From an uncultured euryarchaeote (GTDB taxonomy: Archaea; Thermoplasmatota; Poseidoniia; Poseidoniales; Thalassarchaeaceae), in assembly GCA_937911265.1 (NCBI GenBank), contig CALDRG010000023.1, positions 2,959 to 66,958 of the forward strand: DNA of 64,000 bases, given 5' to 3'. Position 1 is the first letter of the stretch. The number at the start of each line of letters is the position of its first letter. The notes beneath the pieces were generated by a model, which did no database searches, was not told where the DNA came from, and saw nothing but the letters and a program-made list of their open reading frames with translations. Of this stretch, positions 39,717 through 48,755 are shown piece by piece. The translations under genes were made by a program, and so were the position numbers.

Positions 39717-40688
39717 ATGCTAAGGCTCATTCGGAACAGCATGGCGACCACCGACCTCATTGAGCACTTTCTACAGGCCACTGAGGCCGCTGCGGTAGCA
39801 GCTTCGGCTTGGAGAGGACTGGAGGACCGTAAGGCCGCAGACGGAGCAGCCGTAGAAGCCATGCGCACCGTCTTCGACAGCGTGCCCTTTGACGGGCGCG
39901 TGGCGATAGGCGAGGGCGAGCGCGATGATGCACCAATGCTTTGGATTGGCGAACCCCTAGGCTCGATGCAAGGTGTCACCGGGGCACCGACAATCGACAT
40001 AGCCGTCGATCCTCTGGAGTGTACTAACCACGTCGCCCTCGACCTGCCCAATGCGATGGCAGTTCTCGCCGCAGCTCCTCGCGGTAATTTGCTGCACGCC
40101 CCCGACTGCTACATGGACAAGATAGCCGGTCCGGCCGCCCTCGCAGGCGAGGTTAGCCTTGAGGCCGACACTTCTTACAACATTGAGGCTGCCTGTACTG
40201 CTCTTGGAAAAACTCCTTCACAGCTCTGCGTGGTGGTGATGGACAGACCGCGACACGAACAACTGATACGCGAGCTGAAGCAACACAAAGTCAACATCAT
40301 CCTCATTGGCGACGGTGACATTACCGCGGCTCTGAACGCCGCCGACCCCGATTCGGATATTGACATGCTGATGGGGATAGGGGCAGCACCCGAGGGAGTA
40401 ATCACGGCGACTGCCCTCAGGGGGCTGAAGGCTCCCTTTGAAGGCCGACTCGTGTTCAAAAACGAAGGCCATCGTGAGCGCGCTGAGAGTATGATCGAGG
40501 GCGATGTGGACAGGATCTGGAGTCGCGATGAGTTGTGCTCGTCGGACGATTCAGTATTCATCGGCTCTGGGGTCTGCCCAGGGCGGACCCGCGGAGTCGA
40601 GGAAACCGATGACGGAAGGTACTCAGTTCACTCAGAAGTGATTGATGTCAAATCTGGCGCGCATTACTTCGTGTCCTCGGTGCGATGA
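39717..40688 (+). CDS. glpX: fructose-1,6-bisphosphatase class II (GlpX type)
   Basis: DRKAADGAAVEAMR...TIDIAVDPLECTNH, GlpX metal-binding region. The true start may be MATTDL at ~39741. Confidence 0.8.
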   Translation: MLRLIRNSMATTDLIEHFLQATEAAAVAASAWRGLEDRKAADGAAVEAMRTVFDSVPFDGRVAIGEGERDDAPMLWIGEPLGSMQGVTGAPTIDIAVDPLECTNHVALDLPNAMAVLAAAPRGNLLHAPDCYMDKIAGPAALAGEVSLEADTSYNIEAACTALGKTPSQLCVVVMDRPRHEQLIRELKQHKVNIILIGDGDITAALNAADPDSDIDMLMGIGAAPEGVITATALRGLKAPFEGRLVFKNEGHRERAESMIEGDVDRIWSRDELCSSDDSVFIGSGVCPGRTRGVEETDDGRYSVHSEVIDVKSGAHYFVSSVR

Positions 40689-40729
40689 GTTCTTCTCCTA
40701 CTGCTCGCACGTGCTCACGAGGTTATTGG

Positions 40730-41749
40730 ATGGACATTGAACTCCTTGAGAAGACCGCAAGCGAACTGGTGGCTCCGGGCAAGGGAATACTCGCCGCCGA
40801 TGAGAGCAACGGGACGATGTCGAAGCGCTTGGCTGCTGCTGGAGTCGAACCCTCGTCTGAGTCTCGGCGCTTGTACCGAGCAAACCTGTTTGATACAGCA
40901 GGATACGAATCCGCTGTCGGAGGCGTCATATTGTTCGATGAGACAATCAGACAGAACATGGACGACGGCTCTCTCATAGCTGACGCGCTGAGTTCCAGAG
41001 GAATCCACCCAGGAATCAAGGTCGACACAGGGGCAAAGGACCTCGCCAATCACCCGGGTGAGAAAATTACAGAGGGTCTCGATGGACTCAGGGAGCGCTG
41101 CATCGAGTATTTCGAGATGGGCGCGCGTTTCGCCAAATGGCGAGCTGTCATTCGTATATCTGAGGGGATTCCTAGTCCTGCCTGCATATCGACCAACGCA
41201 CACGCGCTGGCCCGATACGCTGCAATCTGCCAGGAGCAGGGGCTGGTCCCCATCATCGAGCCAGAGGTACTGATGGATGGCTCCCATGACGCGCAGCGCT
41301 GCTATGACGTCACAGCCGAGATTCTCGATGCGACCTTCGCTGCCTGTGCTGAGCAGAGTATACACATCCCGGGAGCATTGCTCAAACCTAACATGATCAT
41401 CGCTGGCAACGATTGTCCCAACCAGATCCCGAGGGAAGAAGTGGCTAGGATGACAATTGACTGTCTGAGCAATCACGTCCCGCAAGACCTGCCGGGCATA
41501 GTCTTCCTCTCAGGAGGCCAGTCTGACGAGGATGCGACAGCCCACCTCAATCTGATGAACCAGATGAATGTCGAGCACCCTTGGCAACTTTCCTACTCCT
41601 ACGGCCGGGCACTGCAGGCACACGCCCTCACAACTTGGGCCAAAGGAGGTTCCGAGTCTGCAGCCGCCAGCCAGCGGATGTTCGCTCATCGGGCCGGCAT
41701 GAACAGCCTAGCTCGAAGCGGTGACTGGGGATCCGACTTAGAGGTCTAA
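40730..41749 (+). CDS. fba: fructose-bisphosphate aldolase class I (eukaryotic/FbaA type)
   Basis: GKGILAADESNGTMSKR, IIEPEVL, LSYSYGRALQ. Start at MDIELLEKT (internal Met of the ORF). Confidence 0.8.
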   Translation: MDIELLEKTASELVAPGKGILAADESNGTMSKRLAAAGVEPSSESRRLYRANLFDTAGYESAVGGVILFDETIRQNMDDGSLIADALSSRGIHPGIKVDTGAKDLANHPGEKITEGLDGLRERCIEYFEMGARFAKWRAVIRISEGIPSPACISTNAHALARYAAICQEQGLVPIIEPEVLMDGSHDAQRCYDVTAEILDATFAACAEQSIHIPGALLKPNMIIAGNDCPNQIPREEVARMTIDCLSNHVPQDLPGIVFLSGGQSDEDATAHLNLMNQMNVEHPWQLSYSYGRALQAHALTTWAKGGSESAAASQRMFAHRAGMNSLARSGDWGSDLEV

Positions 41750-42001
41750 TCAGATTTCGTCCAAGGCCCCAGGTCTCAGTTGCCAGACGCAGATTTCGTA
41801 GCGACCGGAGAGGGCACCGCCACGCTTTGTCGTTGCGACCTTCATGATGTCCTTGTCTTTGGACAGGACGTTCCCCAGTTGCTGGGGAGTAGTCCCATGA
41901 CGCATGGTGGAGTTCACGTGTTCAAGAATTTCTGTCGTGTTGGCTTCTCCTCTGTCATCCAAGAATTTTTTTATTTTCTGTCGTAGTCTGGTTGTCCTCA
42001 T
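41750..42001 (-). CDS. small winged-helix-like protein (paralog A)
   Basis: 83 aa. IKKFLDDRGEANTTEILEHV...TPQQLGNVL helix-turn-helix pattern. Paralogous to the adjacent 88-aa ORF. Confidence 0.4.
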   Translation of the reverse strand: MRTTRLRQKIKKFLDDRGEANTTEILEHVNSTMRHGTTPQQLGNVLSKDKDIMKVATTKRGGALSGRYEICVWQLRPGALDEI

Positions 42002-42011
42002 CTAAATCCTC

Positions 42012-42278
42012 CTATTTGTTGTCGGGCTTAGCACGCTCATGGTGCTGCACCCACTCCTCGGTCGCCCATTCCGAGAGTGGGGGGGTACTGCCGGCCATTC
42101 CGCTCTTGCGAACCGTTCCGATGCGGACGATACTCGTGTCTGTCTCCATCAGTGATGCTAGATCCAAGCTTCCAGAGTAGCCTTTCTGACCACTCAGCCA
42201 GGTTGCAATCTCAGCACTGTTCCTAGGCTGCTCAGAGATGTATTTGCGAATGATAAGTCGGATTTTTTCCGCTTCCAT
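42012..42278 (-). CDS. small winged-helix-like protein (paralog B)
   Basis: 88 aa. IRKYISEQPRNSAEIATWLS...SLDLASLMETD. Same architecture as 41750..42001. Confidence 0.4.
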   Translation of the reverse strand: MEAEKIRLIIRKYISEQPRNSAEIATWLSGQKGYSGSLDLASLMETDTSIVRIGTVRKSGMAGSTPPLSEWATEEWVQHHERAKPDNK

Positions 42279-42532
42279 TTGTCTCCCTCAAGCATACTCT
42301 CGGACCCGGCAGTCGGCCCGATGCGCATAGGATAGCGGGCGCTGATATAACCGTTCTGCACGAAATCACACCTTTTCGTTACAAATAGTTGCTAGAAATG
42401 AGGGCGTTTTCAGGTTTGAACCAAGTGTGGAAATGAAACTGATATATTCTCCATAGGAAATATGTAATCAAATGTAACGAAGCAACATAATTTAATACAT
42501 CAACGTTAGTAAGATGTATTGGGAGGTGGCGA
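42279..42532. promoter_or_regulatory. 254-bp AT-rich divergent intergenic region (GC roughly 38% versus ~58% locally)
   Basis: Longest AT-rich tract in the window outside the oriC candidate. Several TATA-like runs (gatatataa, tacaaatag, taatttaata). A GGAGGTGG RBS precedes the large gene. Confidence 0.4.
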
Positions 42533-45154
42533 GTGGTGTCAAATGAATTCTCTGAGCCACTGAAACCCGATTATTCGAACAGTGCTTGGAAAATCAGGAG
42601 TAAGCATCGCAGGAGACTCCTTGACCGGCTAACTGAGGGCGGTGCCACCGTCAGTGTGTTGGCTAGGGATGTTGAACTCAGGGTTCCGCATGCATCAGCA
42701 GAGATAAAACGATTGAGAAACGATGGACTGGTCTCCAGTGACCTATCTGCTGGTAGCCGTGGAGCTAGGATTCATCTGACCGAATTAGGTTGGGAGTCAG
42801 TGAGTGCTGACGAGTGGGCCAGAGCATCCGAAGCCTCTCCCTTGCCCGAAGACTCCAGCATGTGCTGCCTGCTGTTTCGCGATGGCCCGAACCTCTTGCT
42901 TGGAGTTATGGAGCCTTGCAACTCTCCCTTGCTATTGATTCCGGATCGCCCCCCCGTCGCGATTCCGGGCAATCCTGGTTCCACTGGAAGCGATGGGGTT
43001 CTCTGGAGCTGGGCGGCACTCAGGGAGAGAGATCCCCGGTGGTTCGACCTCTCGTCAATGGAGCCCAAGCCAAGCCCTCCGCCTCCTTCCGATCCGGAGA
43101 ACATAGCGGCTTACTCAGGACAGCGCACTGTCGTCGGGATAATCCGCGCTAGGCTGCTCGACGCCGAGAGACCAATCGCCATAGCGCCGGGTCAGTGGTT
43201 CGGGTCTCCGGACTTCCGGCCCGCGCCCCCGTTGCCTGAGGGCGACTATCATCGGGGGCCGTGGGTACTTGGTGCGTGCCACGAGATGTCGCCGGAGATT
43301 AGGCCGAAGGAGCCAGTGGTTGCTGTGATGGAAGACAGGCTCCCTCGCTCCATGTTGCTCAGGACAGTGAGGAATAACTCTCTGGTCATCGCGGATATCG
43401 GAGGACTGGACACCAATGGTGACCCGTATCCATTGGCAGCCCTTGATCCATGGATCGAGAAGGCCCACCCGCGTCTGAGCGACGCTGAGAGGAAACGGAG
43501 ACTAGGTGCCCTGAAGGACAGGGTCAGCAAGACGAGAAAGGTCAGGACCGAAGATTCCACATGGCGTCGATTCAGACAGGATTGGGGTGAATCGGTGTTC
43601 ACCGAGGAAGGCGATTCAATCAGGATCCTTGACCTAAGGGGGCTGGGTGGCACTGCGGCCGAGGCATTAGTGAGGTGGGCAATCAATGACGACGGCAAAC
43701 TCCCGCTGACTATCGAAGTCGGAGTTGATATGCCCGATGAACTAATCTCTTCAATCGCTTCTCATTCCAATCTCCGAATGGCTCTCCTCGAGGGCGAAGT
43801 AGCCGCGTTCTCCAGCTTCGACATACTGGATGCCGACCCCCTGAGGCCGCTGCCTTGGCTGCGCCTGACAACTAGGGGAGGGAGGATACTGCCAATGCGA
43901 CTGGCCGATCCAGCTCAGGTCCCTGAGTTTTCAGACTCCGATGAATCGGCCGTACTAGAGTGGGAATCCCTAGGCATCAACATCGACTTGGCTGAGGATC
44001 TCAAAGAGGGTCACCTCTCAGTCATCAATTCAGCTGTAGTTCAATATCCCACAGGCAATGAGGAGTGGGCCAACCAAATGGAAGCTAGATACCCAATTGC
44101 AGCTTGGATAGCATCTCCCGCCAGGACTAGATGGCCACGCTGGCAGAGACTCAGGAAACGACTCAGTCCGGAGTGGCTAGCACTCATGAATCTGGACGAC
44201 CTCCCGCTGGAGAGGCTGTCAGAGGTTGCCGACGAGGCACCCGACTCGGTCTTGGAAGAATTCTCCAAGAAGATTACCAACAGACTCAGACAGGATTCCG
44301 ATGCAGCACTCAGAACGAGACCAGCGACGGATCCGAAGCAAGCAACCCGTGGAGCCGCTTGGGTAGCAGCCCAACTGCTGTCAAACGCCCCCTGGCTACC
44401 GGAGCACATGCACTCGGACTTGCTCCATTGGGCACTGGAGGCATGGCTCTCCGAGCCTCCAAGTAATTCGATGCCTGCACTGCAGGGAGTCGCGTGGCTT
44501 TATTCTCAGGCCCACAGCAATGAATCCAATTTCAGACCAATACTTGAGGGGATTCGGAGCAAAGGAAAGGAATCTCCTTCTGGCCATGACCTGCACACGT
44601 GGGCCAGCCTGGCAGACATGATGCTGGACGACTCGAAGATTAATCTCGATGAATTGGAGAGGATATTGGAACTACCTCCCGGCTGGTGGGCACCGATTTC
44701 CGTCAAGATCCTCTCTGGGTTATTGGATGAGGAGGATTCTACAGATTGGGCCGTCGCCAACACCGTCCCCTGGTGTGCGGCAGTGCTGCGTCCGATGGGC
44801 GATCGCTGTCAGGCACCCGGACTCCGTTCCTACGAGCATCCCGGATGCGACTCAGAACTGTACTCTCGCCTCTCTCGGAGGTTGAGGGGCAGGCGTGAAC
44901 GTCAGGGCATGCCCGATACCGCTGAATCACTGCTGGATTTACTCGACGCCCTAGGCGCGGTGAATGGTGGCAAATCTCCTTCACCGGGAAAGACCCATCC
45001 TCTATCGGGGTGGCTCGCCCAGCCGTTGGATAAATGGCCGGAGTTCTCTTCGTCCGAGATCATGGACGGCGATGTTCACATCGCCGAGAGACTGCTCATG
45101 AGGAGCTCAGGGTATCATCCAAAAATCGTCCCTTCAACCTCGATTTCGGGTTGA
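42533..45154 (+). CDS. large orphan protein with N-terminal winged-helix DNA-binding domain and helical C-terminal region
   Basis: 873 aa. N-terminal RRRLLDRLTEGGATVSVLARDVELRVPHASAEIKRLRNDGLV (TrmB/MarR-like wHTH). No Walker, nuclease or other catalytic motif seen. Lower GC than neighbours. Confidence 0.5.
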   Translation: MVSNEFSEPLKPDYSNSAWKIRSKHRRRLLDRLTEGGATVSVLARDVELRVPHASAEIKRLRNDGLVSSDLSAGSRGARIHLTELGWESVSADEWARASEASPLPEDSSMCCLLFRDGPNLLLGVMEPCNSPLLLIPDRPPVAIPGNPGSTGSDGVLWSWAALRERDPRWFDLSSMEPKPSPPPPSDPENIAAYSGQRTVVGIIRARLLDAERPIAIAPGQWFGSPDFRPAPPLPEGDYHRGPWVLGACHEMSPEIRPKEPVVAVMEDRLPRSMLLRTVRNNSLVIADIGGLDTNGDPYPLAALDPWIEKAHPRLSDAERKRRLGALKDRVSKTRKVRTEDSTWRRFRQDWGESVFTEEGDSIRILDLRGLGGTAAEALVRWAINDDGKLPLTIEVGVDMPDELISSIASHSNLRMALLEGEVAAFSSFDILDADPLRPLPWLRLTTRGGRILPMRLADPAQVPEFSDSDESAVLEWESLGINIDLAEDLKEGHLSVINSAVVQYPTGNEEWANQMEARYPIAAWIASPARTRWPRWQRLRKRLSPEWLALMNLDDLPLERLSEVADEAPDSVLEEFSKKITNRLRQDSDAALRTRPATDPKQATRGAAWVAAQLLSNAPWLPEHMHSDLLHWALEAWLSEPPSNSMPALQGVAWLYSQAHSNESNFRPILEGIRSKGKESPSGHDLHTWASLADMMLDDSKINLDELERILELPPGWWAPISVKILSGLLDEEDSTDWAVANTVPWCAAVLRPMGDRCQAPGLRSYEHPGCDSELYSRLSRRLRGRRERQGMPDTAESLLDLLDALGAVNGGKSPSPGKTHPLSGWLAQPLDKWPEFSSSEIMDGDVHIAERLLMRSSGYHPKIVPSTSISG

Positions 45155-45512
45155 AAACTAGTTAATTTCTGACCGAGGGGTTCTTGACCACCCCCCATGG
45201 CCGATGTTTGCCCGAGCTGCAACACCGTGGCGACGAAGCCCCCCGCTGGAGGAATAGTATGAATCACGGTACCAAGTTCGGGTCACCACTTGCCGAAGAC
45301 CAGTGTGACCAGCTGCAACGGAATGATCACTGGAGCAAATCAAGTGGCCGGATTGTGTTAGGTCCCCCGATGACCGAAAGGAATGACTCAAGGGACTACC
45401 CCACAGTTCGACAGACGTCCCGGGGTGGGTCAGGCGCCCGAGCTTTGCTGTGAAGGATCGCCGTTACGCCCCGGGGCACACACTCCATTTGTCCAAAAAA
45501 GGCGGGAATCTG
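45155..45512. other. 358-bp non-coding gap of normal GC content; candidate structured RNA or degraded gene
   Basis: Only junk-like overlapping ORFs. Hairpins GAGGGG-ttcttgacca-CCCC and CCAGTG-n23-CACTGG. The 9-mer agctgcaac occurs twice. Confidence 0.3.
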
Positions 45513-46529
45513 ATGCATGACATCGGCCTAATCGGCGGCACCTTTGACCGCTTCCATGCCGGACACCTATCGCTGATGGAAGCTGGCCTGTCCGAGTGCT
45601 CCTTCATTGAGGTCTGGCTCACCGCAGATCGCCTTGCTCACTCGAAGGACTCGCGGGTGAATTCATGGGATACAAGGGCTCAGGAGATGGAGGAGGCGTT
45701 GGGGGACGATGCTGGCAGAGTTAGATTTCATACTCTCGAAGATAACCACGGACCCGCACCGGCGCATGCTGATGCCACAGCGATTATCTGCACCGGCGAG
45801 ACTCGCGCTGAGTGCGAGGAGATTAACCGACTAAGAGAAGGCAGCGACCTGTCACCGCTACACATCATCAGCGTAGGACACGTACTCGCATGGGACGACG
45901 AGCCGATATCCAGCTCTAGAATCAGAGCAGGGGAGATCGACCGTAATGGAAAGCCATGGATTCCAAACTCGATTAGGGCGGGCAGGATGGTCTTGACATC
46001 TCAGGTCGAAACAGAGCTCAAGGAACCCTTCGGTCAGTTGGTTTCTGGTCCGGAAGACAATCCCTCCGTTGCAATGACAGAAGTCCTCACCCATGTCGAA
46101 GGGGGGTCGGGGCCGGTCATCGCTGTTGGCGATGTGACAGTCCGCACTCTGCAGGACCTCAATCGGCCAGCTGACATCGCCCTCATCGATGGACTCACTA
46201 GGAGGGAGCCCTGGGAGGGCGCAGACGGAATCGATTCGTCGCTGTATGACAGGACCCTGCAGTGTTCCAGCCCTGCTGGTTCCTTGACGCCTTCGCTGCT
46301 GGAGGCCTGTGAGCAGGCAATGAAATCCTGGAAGGAAGGGCGGTTAACTCATTTAATTCAAGTCGAAGGTGAGGAAGATCTAGCCCCGCTTATCTTGCAT
46401 CCACTGGCCCCCTTGGGTGCTGTTGTGCTATATGGCCAACCAGAGAAAGGAGTCGTAATCAGATGGTGCGGAGAGGACGCCAAACAGCGTTGCCGCAGAC
46501 TGCTCAGAGAATTCATTCCCGCCGAATAA
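45513..46529 (+). CDS. coaD: bifunctional phosphopantetheine adenylyltransferase / GTP-dependent dephospho-CoA kinase (PPAT-DUF359 fusion)
   Basis: N-terminal IGLIGGTFDRFHAGH (nucleotidyltransferase HxGH). The C-terminal half has a DUF359-like PVIAVGDVTVRTLQDLNRPADIALIDGLTRRE. Confidence 0.6.
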   Translation: MHDIGLIGGTFDRFHAGHLSLMEAGLSECSFIEVWLTADRLAHSKDSRVNSWDTRAQEMEEALGDDAGRVRFHTLEDNHGPAPAHADATAIICTGETRAECEEINRLREGSDLSPLHIISVGHVLAWDDEPISSSRIRAGEIDRNGKPWIPNSIRAGRMVLTSQVETELKEPFGQLVSGPEDNPSVAMTEVLTHVEGGSGPVIAVGDVTVRTLQDLNRPADIALIDGLTRREPWEGADGIDSSLYDRTLQCSSPAGSLTPSLLEACEQAMKSWKEGRLTHLIQVEGEEDLAPLILHPLAPLGAVVLYGQPEKGVVIRWCGEDAKQRCRRLLREFIPAE

Positions 46530-47063
46530 TCAGGACTCGGAATCAGCCATCGTGTGGATAGCGAAGCCGAAACTCACCATCACGATCATTACAGCGTAAA
46601 CCCCTGGATCGACCCAGGTCGTGTTCATCAAGCTCCAATAGAGGTAGAATCCAACACCGAGGGCGATGAGCCAACTTGCGATGGTGCGGTTGAAGCCTCC
46701 GTCAGGGGAGAACAGACTGGATGCAATTGCCCCTTGGGGGATGCCATTGACCCAAGCCGAGAAGCCACCTTCTACAGCCTTGCCCATTCCCATGGCACCT
46801 AGGCCTAGGAGGACTACACCTATCAGTCCGAAGACGATGTCATCTGCGACCACTTCAAATCCGCCATGGGCAATGTTCGAAGTAGCGCTGTCACCAGTGA
46901 TGAATCCGATCCACAGAACCTTGAATCCTGATGAGTAGGCCCCGGAGAAGAGGTTCACTGCAGTCAGTAATAGCACCCAGGCACCAAGCAAGACGGCGGC
47001 GCTGGACGCAGTGCTACTGGGTTTGGTCAGGGCACTGCCCCACTCGGATTCTTGCAGGGACAT
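46530..47063 (-). CDS. integral membrane protein (4-5 TM helices), unknown function
   Basis: Hydrophobic segments AAVLLGAWVLLLTAV, IVFGLIGVVLLGLGAMG, WLIALGVGFYLYW. Start placed at an internal Met. Confidence 0.4.
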   Translation of the reverse strand: MSLQESEWGSALTKPSSTASSAAVLLGAWVLLLTAVNLFSGAYSSGFKVLWIGFITGDSATSNIAHGGFEVVADDIVFGLIGVVLLGLGAMGMGKAVEGGFSAWVNGIPQGAIASSLFSPDGGFNRTIASWLIALGVGFYLYWSLMNTTWVDPGVYAVMIVMVSFGFAIHTMADSES

Positions 47064-47118
47064 CGAGCCGGCGACCTTGACCTTCGATTTAACGATTGTC
47101 TGAGGGAAGAACAGCCTC

Positions 47119-48357
47119 TCAGAGTTGACCCTGCAGGTTGTATCTGCCGAGCGCGGCCTCGGCAATCAGAGGTTCACTCTCACTCATTGTGGCGATGGCG
47201 TCCACTGCCTTGGGTATGGCCGAGTTGACCTGTTTGCTCCTGCCGCCGCGGCCCTTGCTGACATTCCTAGCCATAATCAGCCCGAGCGTATCGAGTTCGT
47301 TGAGCAGCGAAGATATCCTCCTAGGGGTGAGCGGCTCGACACTGATCTTCATGCATGCTTCGGCATAGGTCCGGTAAGTTTCCCCAGTGGAGATATTCCT
47401 CAGGCCGTTATCTTCGTTCATCCTGATTGAGAATAGCAACAACTTTTGGTGCAGTGGCAGAGTCTTCAGCACAGGAGTCACTTGGTCGTACTCCAACTGA
47501 CTCTGCGCCAATCTGACGTGCCTAGGGTCTACAACCTTCTGAGCCCGCTGCTCTGCCTTCTGCACTGAGATGCGTAACAGGTCGAGCGCCCTGCGCGCGT
47601 CCCCGTGCTCCTGTGCGGCCAGTGCCGAGCAGAGTTCAAGCACACCAGAATCGAGGACTCCCTCGTGAAGACCGGCGCTAACACGCTCGGTTAGGATGTC
47701 CTGAATCTCTGGAGCCCCGTAGGGGTGGAAGACGACATCCTCCTGACTGAGCCTCGAGCTGACCCGAGGATCGAGCTGCTGAGTGAAATGCAGATCGTTG
47801 CTGATTCCGATGAGACAGCAGCGGGCGTTTTTCAGAGAGGTATTCAAGCTGGTCAGGTTGTACAACAAACCATCTCCAGCTCTGGCCACGAGATTGTCAA
47901 TCTCGTCCAGCACTAGAATGTGCACTCCTCCCGCTCGTTCCATCCTCTCAATCAGGACTTCGAGAACTCTGTCAGTGGGCCAGCCGGTGAATGGGATTGG
48001 AGTATCTCCTCGTCGAGCGAGTTGGGAGGCGATACTCTGAACGACGCGGTACTTGGTATCCACAACACGGCAGTTGATCTCGTAGGTCTCAACGCTCCGC
48101 CCCATCTCCTTGCCCTTGTCGAGAAGTTGCCCTAAGACGAATCTTGTGACCACGGTTTTGCCTGACCCGGGTACTCCATAGAGCAGCATGTTCGAAGGGA
48201 TGTGGCCATTCAAGGCATCAACCATATTGCGTACCAAAGCATCCACTTCGTGTTCTCTGTGGGGCAGGGTAGATGGCTCGAAGGCGTGATCGAACGCTCG
48301 TCTGTCGACGAAGAGACTGTCCTGGCCGAGAATCTTTTCGAAAATGTTTCCTTCCAT
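47119..48357 (-). CDS. cdc6: Orc1/Cdc6 replication initiator (AAA+ ATPase with C-terminal winged helix)
   Basis: Walker A LLYGVPGSGKTVV, Walker B ILVLDEIDNL, sensor regions, and a C-terminal wH (LRISVQKAEQRAQ...). Confidence 0.9.
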   Translation of the reverse strand: MEGNIFEKILGQDSLFVDRRAFDHAFEPSTLPHREHEVDALVRNMVDALNGHIPSNMLLYGVPGSGKTVVTRFVLGQLLDKGKEMGRSVETYEINCRVVDTKYRVVQSIASQLARRGDTPIPFTGWPTDRVLEVLIERMERAGGVHILVLDEIDNLVARAGDGLLYNLTSLNTSLKNARCCLIGISNDLHFTQQLDPRVSSRLSQEDVVFHPYGAPEIQDILTERVSAGLHEGVLDSGVLELCSALAAQEHGDARRALDLLRISVQKAEQRAQKVVDPRHVRLAQSQLEYDQVTPVLKTLPLHQKLLLFSIRMNEDNGLRNISTGETYRTYAEACMKISVEPLTPRRISSLLNELDTLGLIMARNVSKGRGGRSKQVNSAIPKAVDAIATMSESEPLIAEAALGRYNLQGQL

Positions 48358-48755
48358 TTTCTTTCACCAGGGGTCCAGTCGCGTATCCAGCCTCCCTCTT
48401 ACTCTGGTCGAGTAGGTGTCGGCGAACGCGGATTCTCAGCGAGGATGCAGGAGGTAATAAGACTGTCCGAGAAGAACGAAATTTTGCTTGATTATCATGT
48501 CCTCTAATGCCTCAGTACCATGCCCCTCTAACATCCGCCTAAGAACTCTCTTAGTTGTACTCAGTCAGGCTTTTTTATCAATATAATTTCAGTGTATTTA
48601 TTGCATCTAATTCATTCATTCATGTATTTCTCCCACTCCTGCTACTATGGCAGGTAATCGAACCTGCTGGGGCTTCCTCGACAGCGACATTCGACATTAT
48701 TTCTGGGAACTACTCAGGGCTCCGATGAAAGCTAATATAAAACAAGATAAATTAT
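48358..48755. other. putative chromosomal replication origin (oriC) with AT-rich DNA-unwinding element
   Basis: 398-bp gap immediately upstream of orc1/cdc6. AT-rich core ~48570-48640 (ttttttatcaatataatttcagtgtatttattgcatctaattcattcattcat). Dyads cctgc-N7-gcagg and ttccactccagtgg nearby. Confidence 0.5.

Noticed and set aside
45158-45453. ORFs 45158..45391 (-) and 45184..45453 (+) in the 358-bp gap
   Set aside because: Arg/Ser/Gly-rich low-complexity translations that mutually overlap, with no RBS or promoter context. Treated as non-coding (see ncRNA finding).
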